Below are positions 7,848-15,758 of a DNA stretch of 24,831 nucleotides, one piece after another. The DNA comes from a virus. Lineage: Duplodnaviria; Caudoviricetes. A program made the translations under genes and the position numbers. The notes beneath the pieces are model-generated. The model was not told the origin of the DNA. It saw only the letters and a program-made list of their open reading frames with translations, and did no database searches. The stretch is from IMG/VR virus record IMGVR_UViG_3300005805_000462, positions 1-24,831 of that record; one strand, written 5' to 3'. Numbering within the stretch: the first letter of the stretch is position 1; every line of letters starts with the position of its first letter.

Positions 7848-8438
7848 ATGTTTCTGTTTAGCCCATATCCTACTGTAAATTATCGTATTCCTAACACGAA
7901 TACGATAGTTCCGGTCACTAACATAACAAAACGATTTGCTGTCACTAATTTTCTAAACAACTCAAAAGCTACATTCGACGAATACTACATTCAGGATGGA
8001 GAACGAGCAGACATAATAGCATATGAATATTATGGCGATCAGACGCTAGATTGGTTGATATTTCTTGTCAATGAAATTCATGACCCATATTTTCAATGGG
8101 CTTTATCTGAAGATCGATTCAAGTCGTATATGATTCAGAAATACGGCGGCTTAGAATACGCATATCAAACCGTGCATCATTATGAAAAAATAATTCAACA
8201 ACAAAGTCAAATCAGTGACGGTGATGTGACTAGAATTATACCAGAGAAAACATTAACAGTTGATTTTACAACATACAATTCGTTAATTGCTAGTGAAAGA
8301 AAAGTGATATCTATATACGATCATGAAAATAATATGAACGATAATAATAGACACATTTATCTACTAGATTTGAACTACACTCTTCTGATTAAAGAACAAC
8401 ATCCCTATATCTTTGACGACGGTGCATATTTAAGATGA
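7848..8438 (+). CDS. gp53: Baseplate wedge subunit gp53 (LysM-like)
   Basis: F..YP.V.Y; NIT.R; Y.IQDGERADIIAYEYYGD..LDWLI.LVN.I.DPYFQW; KYG; HHYE; YD.E...ND..R.I.LL. The ATG at 7848 follows AGGA. Confidence 0.92.
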   Translation: MFLFSPYPTVNYRIPNTNTIVPVTNITKRFAVTNFLNNSKATFDEYYIQDGERADIIAYEYYGDQTLDWLIFLVNEIHDPYFQWALSEDRFKSYMIQKYGGLEYAYQTVHHYEKIIQQQSQISDGDVTRIIPEKTLTVDFTTYNSLIASERKVISIYDHENNMNDNNRHIYLLDLNYTLLIKEQHPYIFDDGAYLR

Positions 8439-9691
8439 GTAATGTCGGTGGCGGTAATTTAACTCAATGCACGATTGCTGGACAAGACGTGCGCGCGATG
8501 GTAAATATGCTCGATTATTACGAAAGCATATATTCGCCAGCGGCTTCGTGCAACATCACGCTTGTAGACGGTAGCGGATTCCACAGTAAAGCTAAACTAA
8601 AAGGTGGGACTGAAGATATCAATATTGGCTTTGGTGGTCGAGAAGGTCAATCGATTAGAATGGCTTTTAAAGTTGGTAAAGTCGGAGATCGTATGCGTGG
8701 TAAAGAAAACCTGGATATGTATCTAGTCACTGGTGTTCCGCAAGAATTCATCGAAAACAATCAAAAAGAAATTGTCAAAGCATATAAAGATAAGAAGTTA
8801 TCTGATATGGCTAAAGACTGGCATGAAGAATATGTCAAAGAGACGACTACATTAAAGAAAGATCTAGTCACAAACGAAGAGTCCGAAGACAAACAAAATT
8901 ATCACGGCACAGGACGCAGCCCTACAACTGCTATTCGTTGGGCTGCTAAAGAAGCGAAGTCAGCTAAATCAAAAGCTTCTAACTACATGTACTATCAGGA
9001 TCGCGACGGCTATCACTTTAAAACTATTGATGCTATGCTGCAGGAAGGTGAAAAATTCACGTTAAGCTATGCTCACCAGAACATCGGTGCTGCTGGAGGA
9101 GATCCTGGTCGCAAAATTATTGCGTTCGATCAACAATCCGATCTTGACAGTATGAATTCTAGTTATAGCGGAGCAGATTCCGATCATTGGTATTTCTTTG
9201 ATCCGACTGTAGGTAAAATAGATGGCGTTAAGACAGGTAAACGAGATGGTGCTGGTGATACGACGCACACAGGATCGACGCAGTTAACTCAAGAACAAAA
9301 GAGCGCTCGTGGCGAGCGATATAATCTTGTTGTAGCTCCAGGGCAAGTTAAGAGTAAGTTTCGTGATTCTCGCGACGCGAAAATAGCAGATAACAAAAGA
9401 TCGTTACCAGAACACGGTGCTAAGTCTTCCGCAGCTCTTCAACTCGATAATCTGATTATGAACATTCGTGTTCCTGGAGATACTAATTATAAACCAGGCA
9501 TAAAAGTTCGTCTAAATATTCCTGCGAATCAAGAAGCTAATGAACTTGATCCAAGATCAGGAACATTTTTAGTTACAGCTGTTAGACACGTAACATATAA
9601 AGACGATAAAGATTTTAAGTATGAATGCATATTAGAATGTAAGAGTGATTCGCAAAGTAAAAATTCTTCTGGTAATTCTGGAGTTGCATAA
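8435..9691 (+). CDS. Baseplate hub protein (gp27-like / tail hub)
   Basis: YESIYSP......I.LVD; Y.YYQDRDGYHFKTI..ML; I.VPGD....PG..V.L.IP; SG.FLVTAVRH......LEC.SDS. It lies between gp53 and gp5. Confidence 0.75.
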   Translation: MSNVGGGNLTQCTIAGQDVRAMVNMLDYYESIYSPAASCNITLVDGSGFHSKAKLKGGTEDINIGFGGREGQSIRMAFKVGKVGDRMRGKENLDMYLVTGVPQEFIENNQKEIVKAYKDKKLSDMAKDWHEEYVKETTTLKKDLVTNEESEDKQNYHGTGRSPTTAIRWAAKEAKSAKSKASNYMYYQDRDGYHFKTIDAMLQEGEKFTLSYAHQNIGAAGGDPGRKIIAFDQQSDLDSMNSSYSGADSDHWYFFDPTVGKIDGVKTGKRDGAGDTTHTGSTQLTQEQKSARGERYNLVVAPGQVKSKFRDSRDAKIADNKRSLPEHGAKSSAALQLDNLIMNIRVPGDTNYKPGIKVRLNIPANQEANELDPRSGTFLVTAVRHVTYKDDKDFKYECILECKSDSQSKNSSGNSGVA

Positions 9692-10080
9692 TGGCTGAAT
9701 TTGGCACGGTGATGGGTCAGGACGGATTGAAGTGGTGGGTCGGAACGGTAGAAGATCGTGGATCTGGACAATATTCCGGAGAAAAAGATAATCTAAAGCT
9801 CGGAAGAATCAAAGTTCGTATTCATGGTCATCACACAGAAGATAAAGGTAAGCTTCCTACAAAAGATTTACAGTGGTGTTATGTTATGAACTCCACGTCG
9901 TCTGCGTCAATCAGCGGAATCGGAAGAAGCCCTACTGGTATTACTGAAGGAACAAAAGTATTAGGATTTTTCATGGATGGTGATGGTGGACAAGTACCTA
10001 TCGTATTTGGTACAATCCCACACATCCAGCAAAAAGGCGGATCTGGTGATCAAGCTCCTGGTTCTGGGAGTAGCGCATAA
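9691..10080 (+). CDS. gp5: Tail spike gp5, N-terminal OB-fold only (129 aa)
   Basis: WWVGTVEDR...KLGRIKVRIHGHH.....LPT.DL.W...S.SISGIG.SPTG..EGT.V.GFFMDG..GQ.P.V.GTIP is the gp5 OB-fold. The protein stops right after it. Confidence 0.9.
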   Translation: MAEFGTVMGQDGLKWWVGTVEDRGSGQYSGEKDNLKLGRIKVRIHGHHTEDKGKLPTKDLQWCYVMNSTSSASISGIGRSPTGITEGTKVLGFFMDGDGGQVPIVFGTIPHIQQKGGSGDQAPGSGSSA

Positions 10081-10820
10081 TGGCTTCGATTACAGTAAAC
10101 AGATTAATCACATCAAACACTGCTCCTATGATTACAGGAACAGTGCAATTCGAACGATATGATTCTAACAGGAATCCTAAAGAAACAATTCAAATTGTAG
10201 TGAATTATCAAACATATGAATTGTTTCGTAATGTTGGTCTAGACGAAACAGTAAAGCCTAACATATGGAAATTACATTTTCCAGAACCATTTATAAATGC
10301 AGGAACGTATGATGTTGAGGCTAAAGTTATTGATGTAGCTACAGAAGAAGTTGTAGCAAAAGATAATACAATAGATGAATTAATAATTAGGGCTCCTACA
10401 GCTGAAGAAGTTGCGAAAAACAATTTAACATTACTGCAAAAAGTTGCTCTCGTCAGCTCGCTTATGAATGACGTGCAAAAATTATTTGGTGGACAAAATG
10501 GTATTGGTGGCAATCCATCTGTTCATCCTACATTAGATGATGATTCTTCTACTTCATTAGCTGGACGAGCTGATCAAGAAAGAGCTGAAGCAATAGCTGT
10601 AATAGATAAAAAGAAAAGACAAGAACCAAATAAAAATCCAGTGCCCGTTAAAAAACATGCGATGGCCGCTGTAGATTCATCAGCAACTAATCCAAAAGAA
10701 CTAACAGGTGACCAAGCTAAATATAAAGGATTCGGGCTAGAAGGATTGGACGCAGCCGACAGAAAAGCAGTTCTTAGTGGTGGCTTGACTAAAGCAGAAA
10801 AAGCGGCGATGGGTAAGTAA
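10080..10820 (+). CDS. Hypothetical virion protein with an N-terminal Ig-like domain, inserted between the gp5 halves
   Basis: T.NT.P.ITGT...IQIVVN..TY...WKL.F......GTYDVEA.V.D resembles bacterial Ig-like (Big) folds. The C-terminal half is helical and charged. Confidence 0.6.
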   Translation: MASITVNRLITSNTAPMITGTVQFERYDSNRNPKETIQIVVNYQTYELFRNVGLDETVKPNIWKLHFPEPFINAGTYDVEAKVIDVATEEVVAKDNTIDELIIRAPTAEEVAKNNLTLLQKVALVSSLMNDVQKLFGGQNGIGGNPSVHPTLDDDSSTSLAGRADQERAEAIAVIDKKKRQEPNKNPVPVKKHAMAAVDSSATNPKELTGDQAKYKGFGLEGLDAADRKAVLSGGLTKAEKAAMGK

Positions 10821-10858
10821 TTTTAATATCATAGAAAACTTCATATGAGGAATTAATT

Positions 10859-11554
10859 ATGGCTACAGCTGACGAACAATCTCCTGGTGGCGGCAAATCA
10901 AAGTATCTAGGTAATCATGTGTACACCACAGAAGCTGGGCACATGATTGAAGTAGATAACAGCCCTGGTGATCGCAGGATTCATATTTTTCATGCGAGCG
11001 GAACATTCATTGAGATTAAAGATGATGGTGCTCGTATATCAAAAGTGGTAGCGAAAGATCAGGAATATCTTGAGGCCGGAAAAGATCAAAAGATCACAGG
11101 AACGTTTAACCTTTCGGTTGATGGTGATGTATTCGTGCATGTAACCGGTTCTATGAAACAAGAAGTTAAAGGCAATTATGAACTAGTTGTTCATGGTGAC
11201 TATCGTATTAAATCTGCTGGAAATCATTTTCAAGAAACAGGCGGCGATGAGCGTGTTCAAGTTAATGGAAAAACTTCACATCGTTCGACAGGAGACAGAG
11301 ATCATATCACAGGCGGAAACAGTGTAGAAACTGTTGGAGCAGATAGAAATGTAACGACAACAGGAAACAATCTAGATATGACGGGTGGAAATTCTGTATC
11401 AATGACTGGCGGAGAACATGCTATTTCCTCAGGAGGAACTGTAGGAATTGGTGGAGCAGAAGTAGGTATTGCTTCTACTGGTGAAATGAACCTAAGAGCT
11501 GTTGGTGGAAACTTAACAGCGATCGCACCCGAAATTCATCTAAATCCAACATGA
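10859..11554 (+). CDS. gp5: Tail spike gp5, C-terminal part (needle beta-helix)
   Basis: KY..NHVYTTEAGH.IEVDNSPG.RRIHIFHASGTFIEI..DG, followed by roughly 8-residue V.G repeats (VDGD/VTGS/VKGN/VHGD/VNGK), ending in IHLN. It has its own RBS GAGG. Confidence 0.9.
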   Translation: MATADEQSPGGGKSKYLGNHVYTTEAGHMIEVDNSPGDRRIHIFHASGTFIEIKDDGARISKVVAKDQEYLEAGKDQKITGTFNLSVDGDVFVHVTGSMKQEVKGNYELVVHGDYRIKSAGNHFQETGGDERVQVNGKTSHRSTGDRDHITGGNSVETVGADRNVTTTGNNLDMTGGNSVSMTGGEHAISSGGTVGIGGAEVGIASTGEMNLRAVGGNLTAIAPEIHLNPT

Positions 11555-11766
11555 ATCATAAATTTGTAATTAAAGAAAAGGGTGTTTTGTGTGAATATCA
11601 AAGATACGAAGACATACCTTTAGAGTTTGATCATGTCATAGAGTTTAAACCATACATTCCCGACACTGATCAGCACACTCATGAAGAGCATGATGAAATA
11701 GCTGAATGGAATGATAAACTAAAACAGCTCATGAAGAGGGAGAGACCATATGCCAGCCGTTACTAG
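11551..11766 (+). CDS. Small conserved hypothetical protein typically found upstream of PAAR in T4-like phages
   Basis: Y..YEDIP..FDHVIEF.P.IP...HT.EEH.EI..WN.KL..LM..ER. It has an ATGA overlap with gp5C and overlaps PAAR. Confidence 0.75.
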   Translation: MNHKFVIKEKGVLCEYQRYEDIPLEFDHVIEFKPYIPDTDQHTHEEHDEIAEWNDKLKQLMKRERPYASRY

Positions 11767-12040
11767 ATTCGGAGACGCAGACGTAGCTCATTGCTCTGGA
11801 ATGACAAGAAGCGGAAAATCTGGAAACGTCTTTGCTAATGGTATTGGTATAAGTCGCGAGGGCGACAACAACACTACACATCTTCTTCCCGGTGCTCCTT
11901 GTCCCGAACACGCTGCTCCAATAGCATCTGGTTCTTCAACGGTTAAAATTAACGGAGTAGGGTGTGGGCGTGTAGGTGATGCTATATCAGGCTGCACATC
12001 TGTAGCCGCAGGTTCTCCAGACGTATTTGCAGGTCCATAA
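11750..12040 (+). CDS. gp5.4: PAAR spike-tip protein (gp5.4-like)
   Basis: MPAVTR.GD...HC....SGNVF.NG....R.GD...H....C..H...IA.GSSTV.ING....RVGD.....VA.GS.DVFAG. Confidence 0.92.
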   Translation: MPAVTRFGDADVAHCSGMTRSGKSGNVFANGIGISREGDNNTTHLLPGAPCPEHAAPIASGSSTVKINGVGCGRVGDAISGCTSVAAGSPDVFAGP

Positions 12041-13350
12041 TGGCTAATCAACTCAAAATTGACACGAAAATTAAAGAAGAATTTACAGCAGCTAAGATCG
12101 GAGAATCTTATACTACTGATGATGGAGTTACCGCGATATATCAAGGTACTGATCAAACAGCAGATATGATCGAAGATCTATCTCGCGATTTTCCAGAGTT
12201 TGTAAATAAAGCTAATTCTGCGGCCATGCTCGCGAATCCTTTAGGATTTGTGCCGCCACCATTTAAATTAGATCCTGCGATCGGTTCTTTACTTACCGGA
12301 GGCGCTGCAGGGGCGGTCGCTGGAGCTGCCGGCGCTGTTGCAGGAGCAGCTGCGGGAGCAGTGGCCGGAGCATTGGGAGGATTAGCTAAAGGATTTCTTC
12401 CGCCCGGATTAGATGCGCCAGTAGAAGCGGTTAAGAGTGTGATCAAAGGTGTCACTGGCCAGGTGCCAGGAATGTCCGGTAGCGCAGCAAGTATAGTGGG
12501 AAAGATCGGACAAGTCAATGCTCTGATGAATGTTGCTCTGAAAGGACCGGGCTCTTTGATATTTAAAGCTATCGGATCAAACTTCTTATCAGACATCCCT
12601 GGAGCTGACGCATTAAAAAATGTTGTTAATCTACAAAGTCAGGTAGCTTCATTAGCTGGGTTAGCTTCTAATCCTATCGCATTTGCTGCTAAAGCTGCTC
12701 TTATGCAGGGCCAATTTCCTATGATTGATATGAATGCGTTAGCAGGAAAAATGATAAATGGTGCATTATCTGGTGCAGGATTTGATATCAAGTCGATGGT
12801 TCCTAATATGAATCTTGCTGCTGGCGCATTAGCCATGCTACCTATCCCAGGAAAAACACCTACGCTCGCTGCGATGAAACCACCAAAAACTTCTAATCCA
12901 CCAAAACCAGTTAAAGCTGTACAAATGAAAAATCTATTTGCTGAAGCAGCAGCTGCTTCATCATTGTCTACTCTCACACAACCACTGTCACAATTTATGG
13001 GTATGATGGCCACGATTGCTCCTCAAACTTCTTTGGTTGCTGCGGGAGCTGCTGCGTCGACCTACGGGACACAAAAACTAGTTGGTAATGCTAACACTGT
13101 TAATTGGGGATCTGGTGGATATGGGCGTAATAATGATAAGGCTGAGCTTGAACGTAAGCGACTCGAACTTACAGCTAAGATAGAAAAGCATACAGCCGAA
13201 TTAGAAGCTATGGCTGATTACAGTAAGTTGACGAGTATGAGCTATCAGGATCTTACTAAGAAATATCCTCGCATTACTCCAACAATGTCTGTCGCAGAAG
13301 CATTAACAATCATAACTGAAACTGATTTGGCTCAAATAAAGATAGTATGA
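12040..13350 (+). CDS. Hypothetical Gly/Ala/Met-rich protein (436 aa), probably virion-associated
   Basis: Long ORF coupled by TAATG to PAAR, with GAVAGAA repeats and hydrophobic helices. No family was recognised. Confidence 0.7.
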   Translation: MANQLKIDTKIKEEFTAAKIGESYTTDDGVTAIYQGTDQTADMIEDLSRDFPEFVNKANSAAMLANPLGFVPPPFKLDPAIGSLLTGGAAGAVAGAAGAVAGAAAGAVAGALGGLAKGFLPPGLDAPVEAVKSVIKGVTGQVPGMSGSAASIVGKIGQVNALMNVALKGPGSLIFKAIGSNFLSDIPGADALKNVVNLQSQVASLAGLASNPIAFAAKAALMQGQFPMIDMNALAGKMINGALSGAGFDIKSMVPNMNLAAGALAMLPIPGKTPTLAAMKPPKTSNPPKPVKAVQMKNLFAEAAAASSLSTLTQPLSQFMGMMATIAPQTSLVAAGAAASTYGTQKLVGNANTVNWGSGGYGRNNDKAELERKRLELTAKIEKHTAELEAMADYSKLTSMSYQDLTKKYPRITPTMSVAEALTIITETDLAQIKIV

Positions 13351-13368
13351 CCGCTTAACTACATTATT

Positions 13369-13397
13369 ATTATAATATGAATAAACGAAGTTGTCAA
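13369..13397 (-). promoter_or_regulatory. Perfect sigma70-type promoter TTGACA-N17-TATAAT, antisense to the late operon
   Basis: The minus strand reads TTGACA acttcgtttattcatat TATAAT (-35 at 13397-13392, -10 at 13374-13369). Confidence 0.8.
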
Positions 13398-13410
13398 GGG
13401 TTATTTTGAT

Positions 13411-13418
13411 AATAAATA
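13411..13418 (+). promoter_or_regulatory. Late promoter variant AATAAATA for the gp25-gp6-gp7 unit
   Basis: One mismatch to TATAAATA, intergenic, followed by AAGGA and the ATG at 13435. Confidence 0.7.
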
Positions 13419-13434
13419 GCCAAAAGGAACGCAA

Positions 13435-13866
13435 ATGAAAAAAAGAGTTCTGCCATCTTCGTTAACGAAACTCTCGTACAGGGATTTCGATTTGTCGTTT
13501 AAGAGTCATCCGACGACTGGAAAGTTGTTGATAAAGAAGGACGACGAAGCGGTAAAGCAAGCTGTGAAGAATATCGTTCTAACAAATCGCTATGAGCGCC
13601 CATATCATCCGGAATTCGGTGGTGATATTCGTTCTAGGTTATTTGATCTGTTTACGTCTATAACACAATCAGATTTCGAAAATAGAATTAATACAGCGAT
13701 TGAAAATTACGAGCCTAGAGTACAACTAATTTCTGACAATGGTAATGCATCTGTTACAGTAAAAGAATATCCCGATGAAAATGGTCTTGCGGTCACGGTT
13801 CGCTTTCGTAACGTAGCTACATTGAACGACGTTACACTAGACATCAATCTTAATAAGGTTCGCTAA
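13435..13866 (+). CDS. gp25: Baseplate wedge subunit gp25
   Basis: YRDFDLSF..HP.T......D..AVKQAVKNIVLTN.YERP.HPEFG..I...LF....I...IENYEPRV. Confidence 0.95.
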   Translation: MKKRVLPSSLTKLSYRDFDLSFKSHPTTGKLLIKKDDEAVKQAVKNIVLTNRYERPYHPEFGGDIRSRLFDLFTSITQSDFENRINTAIENYEPRVQLISDNGNASVTVKEYPDENGLAVTVRFRNVATLNDVTLDINLNKVR

Positions 13867-15758
13867 TGGCTGATAATACAGATCTCGTTGTAACAGGATT
13901 AGATTACGATATCATTCGTGCGAATCTTCGCACATTCATTTCGTCTAAGCCGGAATTTACTGATTACGATTTCAACGATTCCGCTCTAGGAACGTTGCTA
14001 GATTTGCTTGCATACAATACGTATTATCAAGCATTTTATGCTAATATGGCTACGAACGAAGGATTCTTAGATACAGCACAACTATATGACAGTGTTGTTT
14101 CAAAAGCAAAAGCTCTTGGATATACTCCTACGAGCGCGCGAGGGGCCACTGCAAACGTTCAGCTTATCTTTACTAGCAGCATCGCTAATACTACATTCCG
14201 TTCGATTCGCGTTCCGAAAGACACACAATTTTCTGCAGTAATAAATGGCGCTTCATATATTTTCGTTGCGCCTCAAACATATACAATCACAGCCAATTCT
14301 GTCGGAGGGTTCGCCCAGCACATTAATATCACAGAAGGTGTGCCACTTACACATCGATTTATTTTTAATCGCGCTACCGCTACTTCATTCGTTCTTCCTA
14401 ATGATAATGTAGACACGTCGAGCATTACTGTTACCGTCACTACATCAGGAAACACGCAAAGTTATATTAAAGGCGATAATATCCTTACTGTGAATTCATC
14501 TTCACAAGTATACTTTGTAGACGCTGACAAAGAACAGAGATTCAAAGTCTATTTTGGAGACGGTGTTATTGGTAAACTACCAGCAACATCAAGCACAGTT
14601 TCAGTTTCATATCGCGTATGTAATGGTAGCACTCCGAACGGAGCTGATTCGTATACTCTAATCGGCGGTAGCATAGACGCACAAACTGGTGTTGTTATCG
14701 TTCCTGTGGGTCGTGCTTCTGGTGGTGCGGCTATCGAGGGTATTGAATCGATGAGATTCAATGCGCCTCTATCATATCAAACTCAAAATCGTTGTGTGAC
14801 CATTTCTGACTACGAACGAATTCTTCTTCGCGAGAATCCTGATATTCAGGCAGTAAGCGTTTGGGGTGGCGAAGACAACGTTCCGCCAATTTATGGTAAG
14901 ATCTTTATAAGTTCTAAACCTAAGACTGGAACTCTATTTTCAACGACTCGTAAGAATGATATCAGATCTTCTATCTTAAAATATAATGTTCAATCGATAG
15001 ATGTTGAGATAGTCGATCCTACGTATCTCTATATTGTACCAGAAGTTGATGTTAGATACAATCCATCAAACACATCAAAAACTCCTGGAGAATTAGCTGA
15101 TCTCGTCTCTGCTAGAATAGTAGAATTTGAATCGACAAATCTTTCTAGATTCGGACAAAAGTTTAGATATTCTAGATTTCTAGATTTCCTCGATTCAACA
15201 GATCAGGGTATAGTTGGAACGAACGCCACTATTCGTTTAAGAAAGACGTTTGTACCTTCGTTGCTGAACATCAATACTTATACATTAAAATTTAATAATG
15301 GTATACAACGTCTTGGTAGTAAAGAACTCGTAACTGATGTATCAGCACAACTTGGGTTTGGCTGCTTAACATCTTCTTCATTTAATTACGCTGGATATGA
15401 TTCGTTTTTTGATGATAACGGATATGGTGTGCTAAGAACATATCATCCTTCTAAGTCCGGCAGTTTAAATAGAGTGTATACGAATTACACAGCAGGAACT
15501 GTTGATTACGATGCCGGTGACGTAACAATCAATAATTTTGTGCCGACATCGTTCAGCGGAAATGAACTTTCTGTTATTGTTGCGCCTATTAATCCAAATA
15601 TTACGCCTATAAGAAATCAAATTTTATTGATGTCTCAATCAATAATTAATGTCGTCGATGATAATACGAATAAAGTCGTTGCCGTGGCAACCAACACCGA
15701 AACCATTGGTCAGACTGCTACATTGCTGACACCAACTGGAAGGTTGTATAATTTCTAA
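13866..15758 (+). CDS. gp6: Baseplate wedge subunit gp6
   Basis: LDYD.IR.NL..F......FTDYDF..SAL..LLDLLAYNTYY.AFYANM..NE.FLDTA; FGDGVIG; AP..YQTQNRCVT..DY; VWGGE.N.PP.YGK. Confidence 0.95.
   Translation: MADNTDLVVTGLDYDIIRANLRTFISSKPEFTDYDFNDSALGTLLDLLAYNTYYQAFYANMATNEGFLDTAQLYDSVVSKAKALGYTPTSARGATANVQLIFTSSIANTTFRSIRVPKDTQFSAVINGASYIFVAPQTYTITANSVGGFAQHINITEGVPLTHRFIFNRATATSFVLPNDNVDTSSITVTVTTSGNTQSYIKGDNILTVNSSSQVYFVDADKEQRFKVYFGDGVIGKLPATSSTVSVSYRVCNGSTPNGADSYTLIGGSIDAQTGVVIVPVGRASGGAAIEGIESMRFNAPLSYQTQNRCVTISDYERILLRENPDIQAVSVWGGEDNVPPIYGKIFISSKPKTGTLFSTTRKNDIRSSILKYNVQSIDVEIVDPTYLYIVPEVDVRYNPSNTSKTPGELADLVSARIVEFESTNLSRFGQKFRYSRFLDFLDSTDQGIVGTNATIRLRKTFVPSLLNINTYTLKFNNGIQRLGSKELVTDVSAQLGFGCLTSSSFNYAGYDSFFDDNGYGVLRTYHPSKSGSLNRVYTNYTAGTVDYDAGDVTINNFVPTSFSGNELSVIVAPINPNITPIRNQILLMSQSIINVVDDNTNKVVAVATNTETIGQTATLLTPTGRLYNF

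Noticed and set aside
10080-10858. Group I intron, homing endonuclease or intein interrupting gp5
   Set aside because: The insert is almost fully coding, with no LAGLIDADG/GIY-YIG/HNH or intein motifs and no room for a ribozyme core. Both gp5 halves have their own start and stop.
12298-12380. GC-rich quasi-repeat as a CRISPR array or DNA repeat element
   Set aside because: It consists of degenerate codons for GAVAGAA peptide repeats, with no fixed repeat-spacer structure.
11788-13013. Minus-strand ORFs 11788-12156, 12153-12596 and 12639-13013 as targets of the antisense sigma70 promoter
   Set aside because: They read as codon mirrors of the Ala/Gly-rich plus-strand genes, and the nearest begins about 350 nt from the promoter. 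They are not supportable as genes, though not strictly excluded.
6846-15758. Bacterial T6SS / eCIS / tailocin locus (spike, PAAR, gp25, baseplate)
   Set aside because: The head completion gp4, DNA end protector gp2 and TATAAATA late promoters indicate a genuine T4-like phage.
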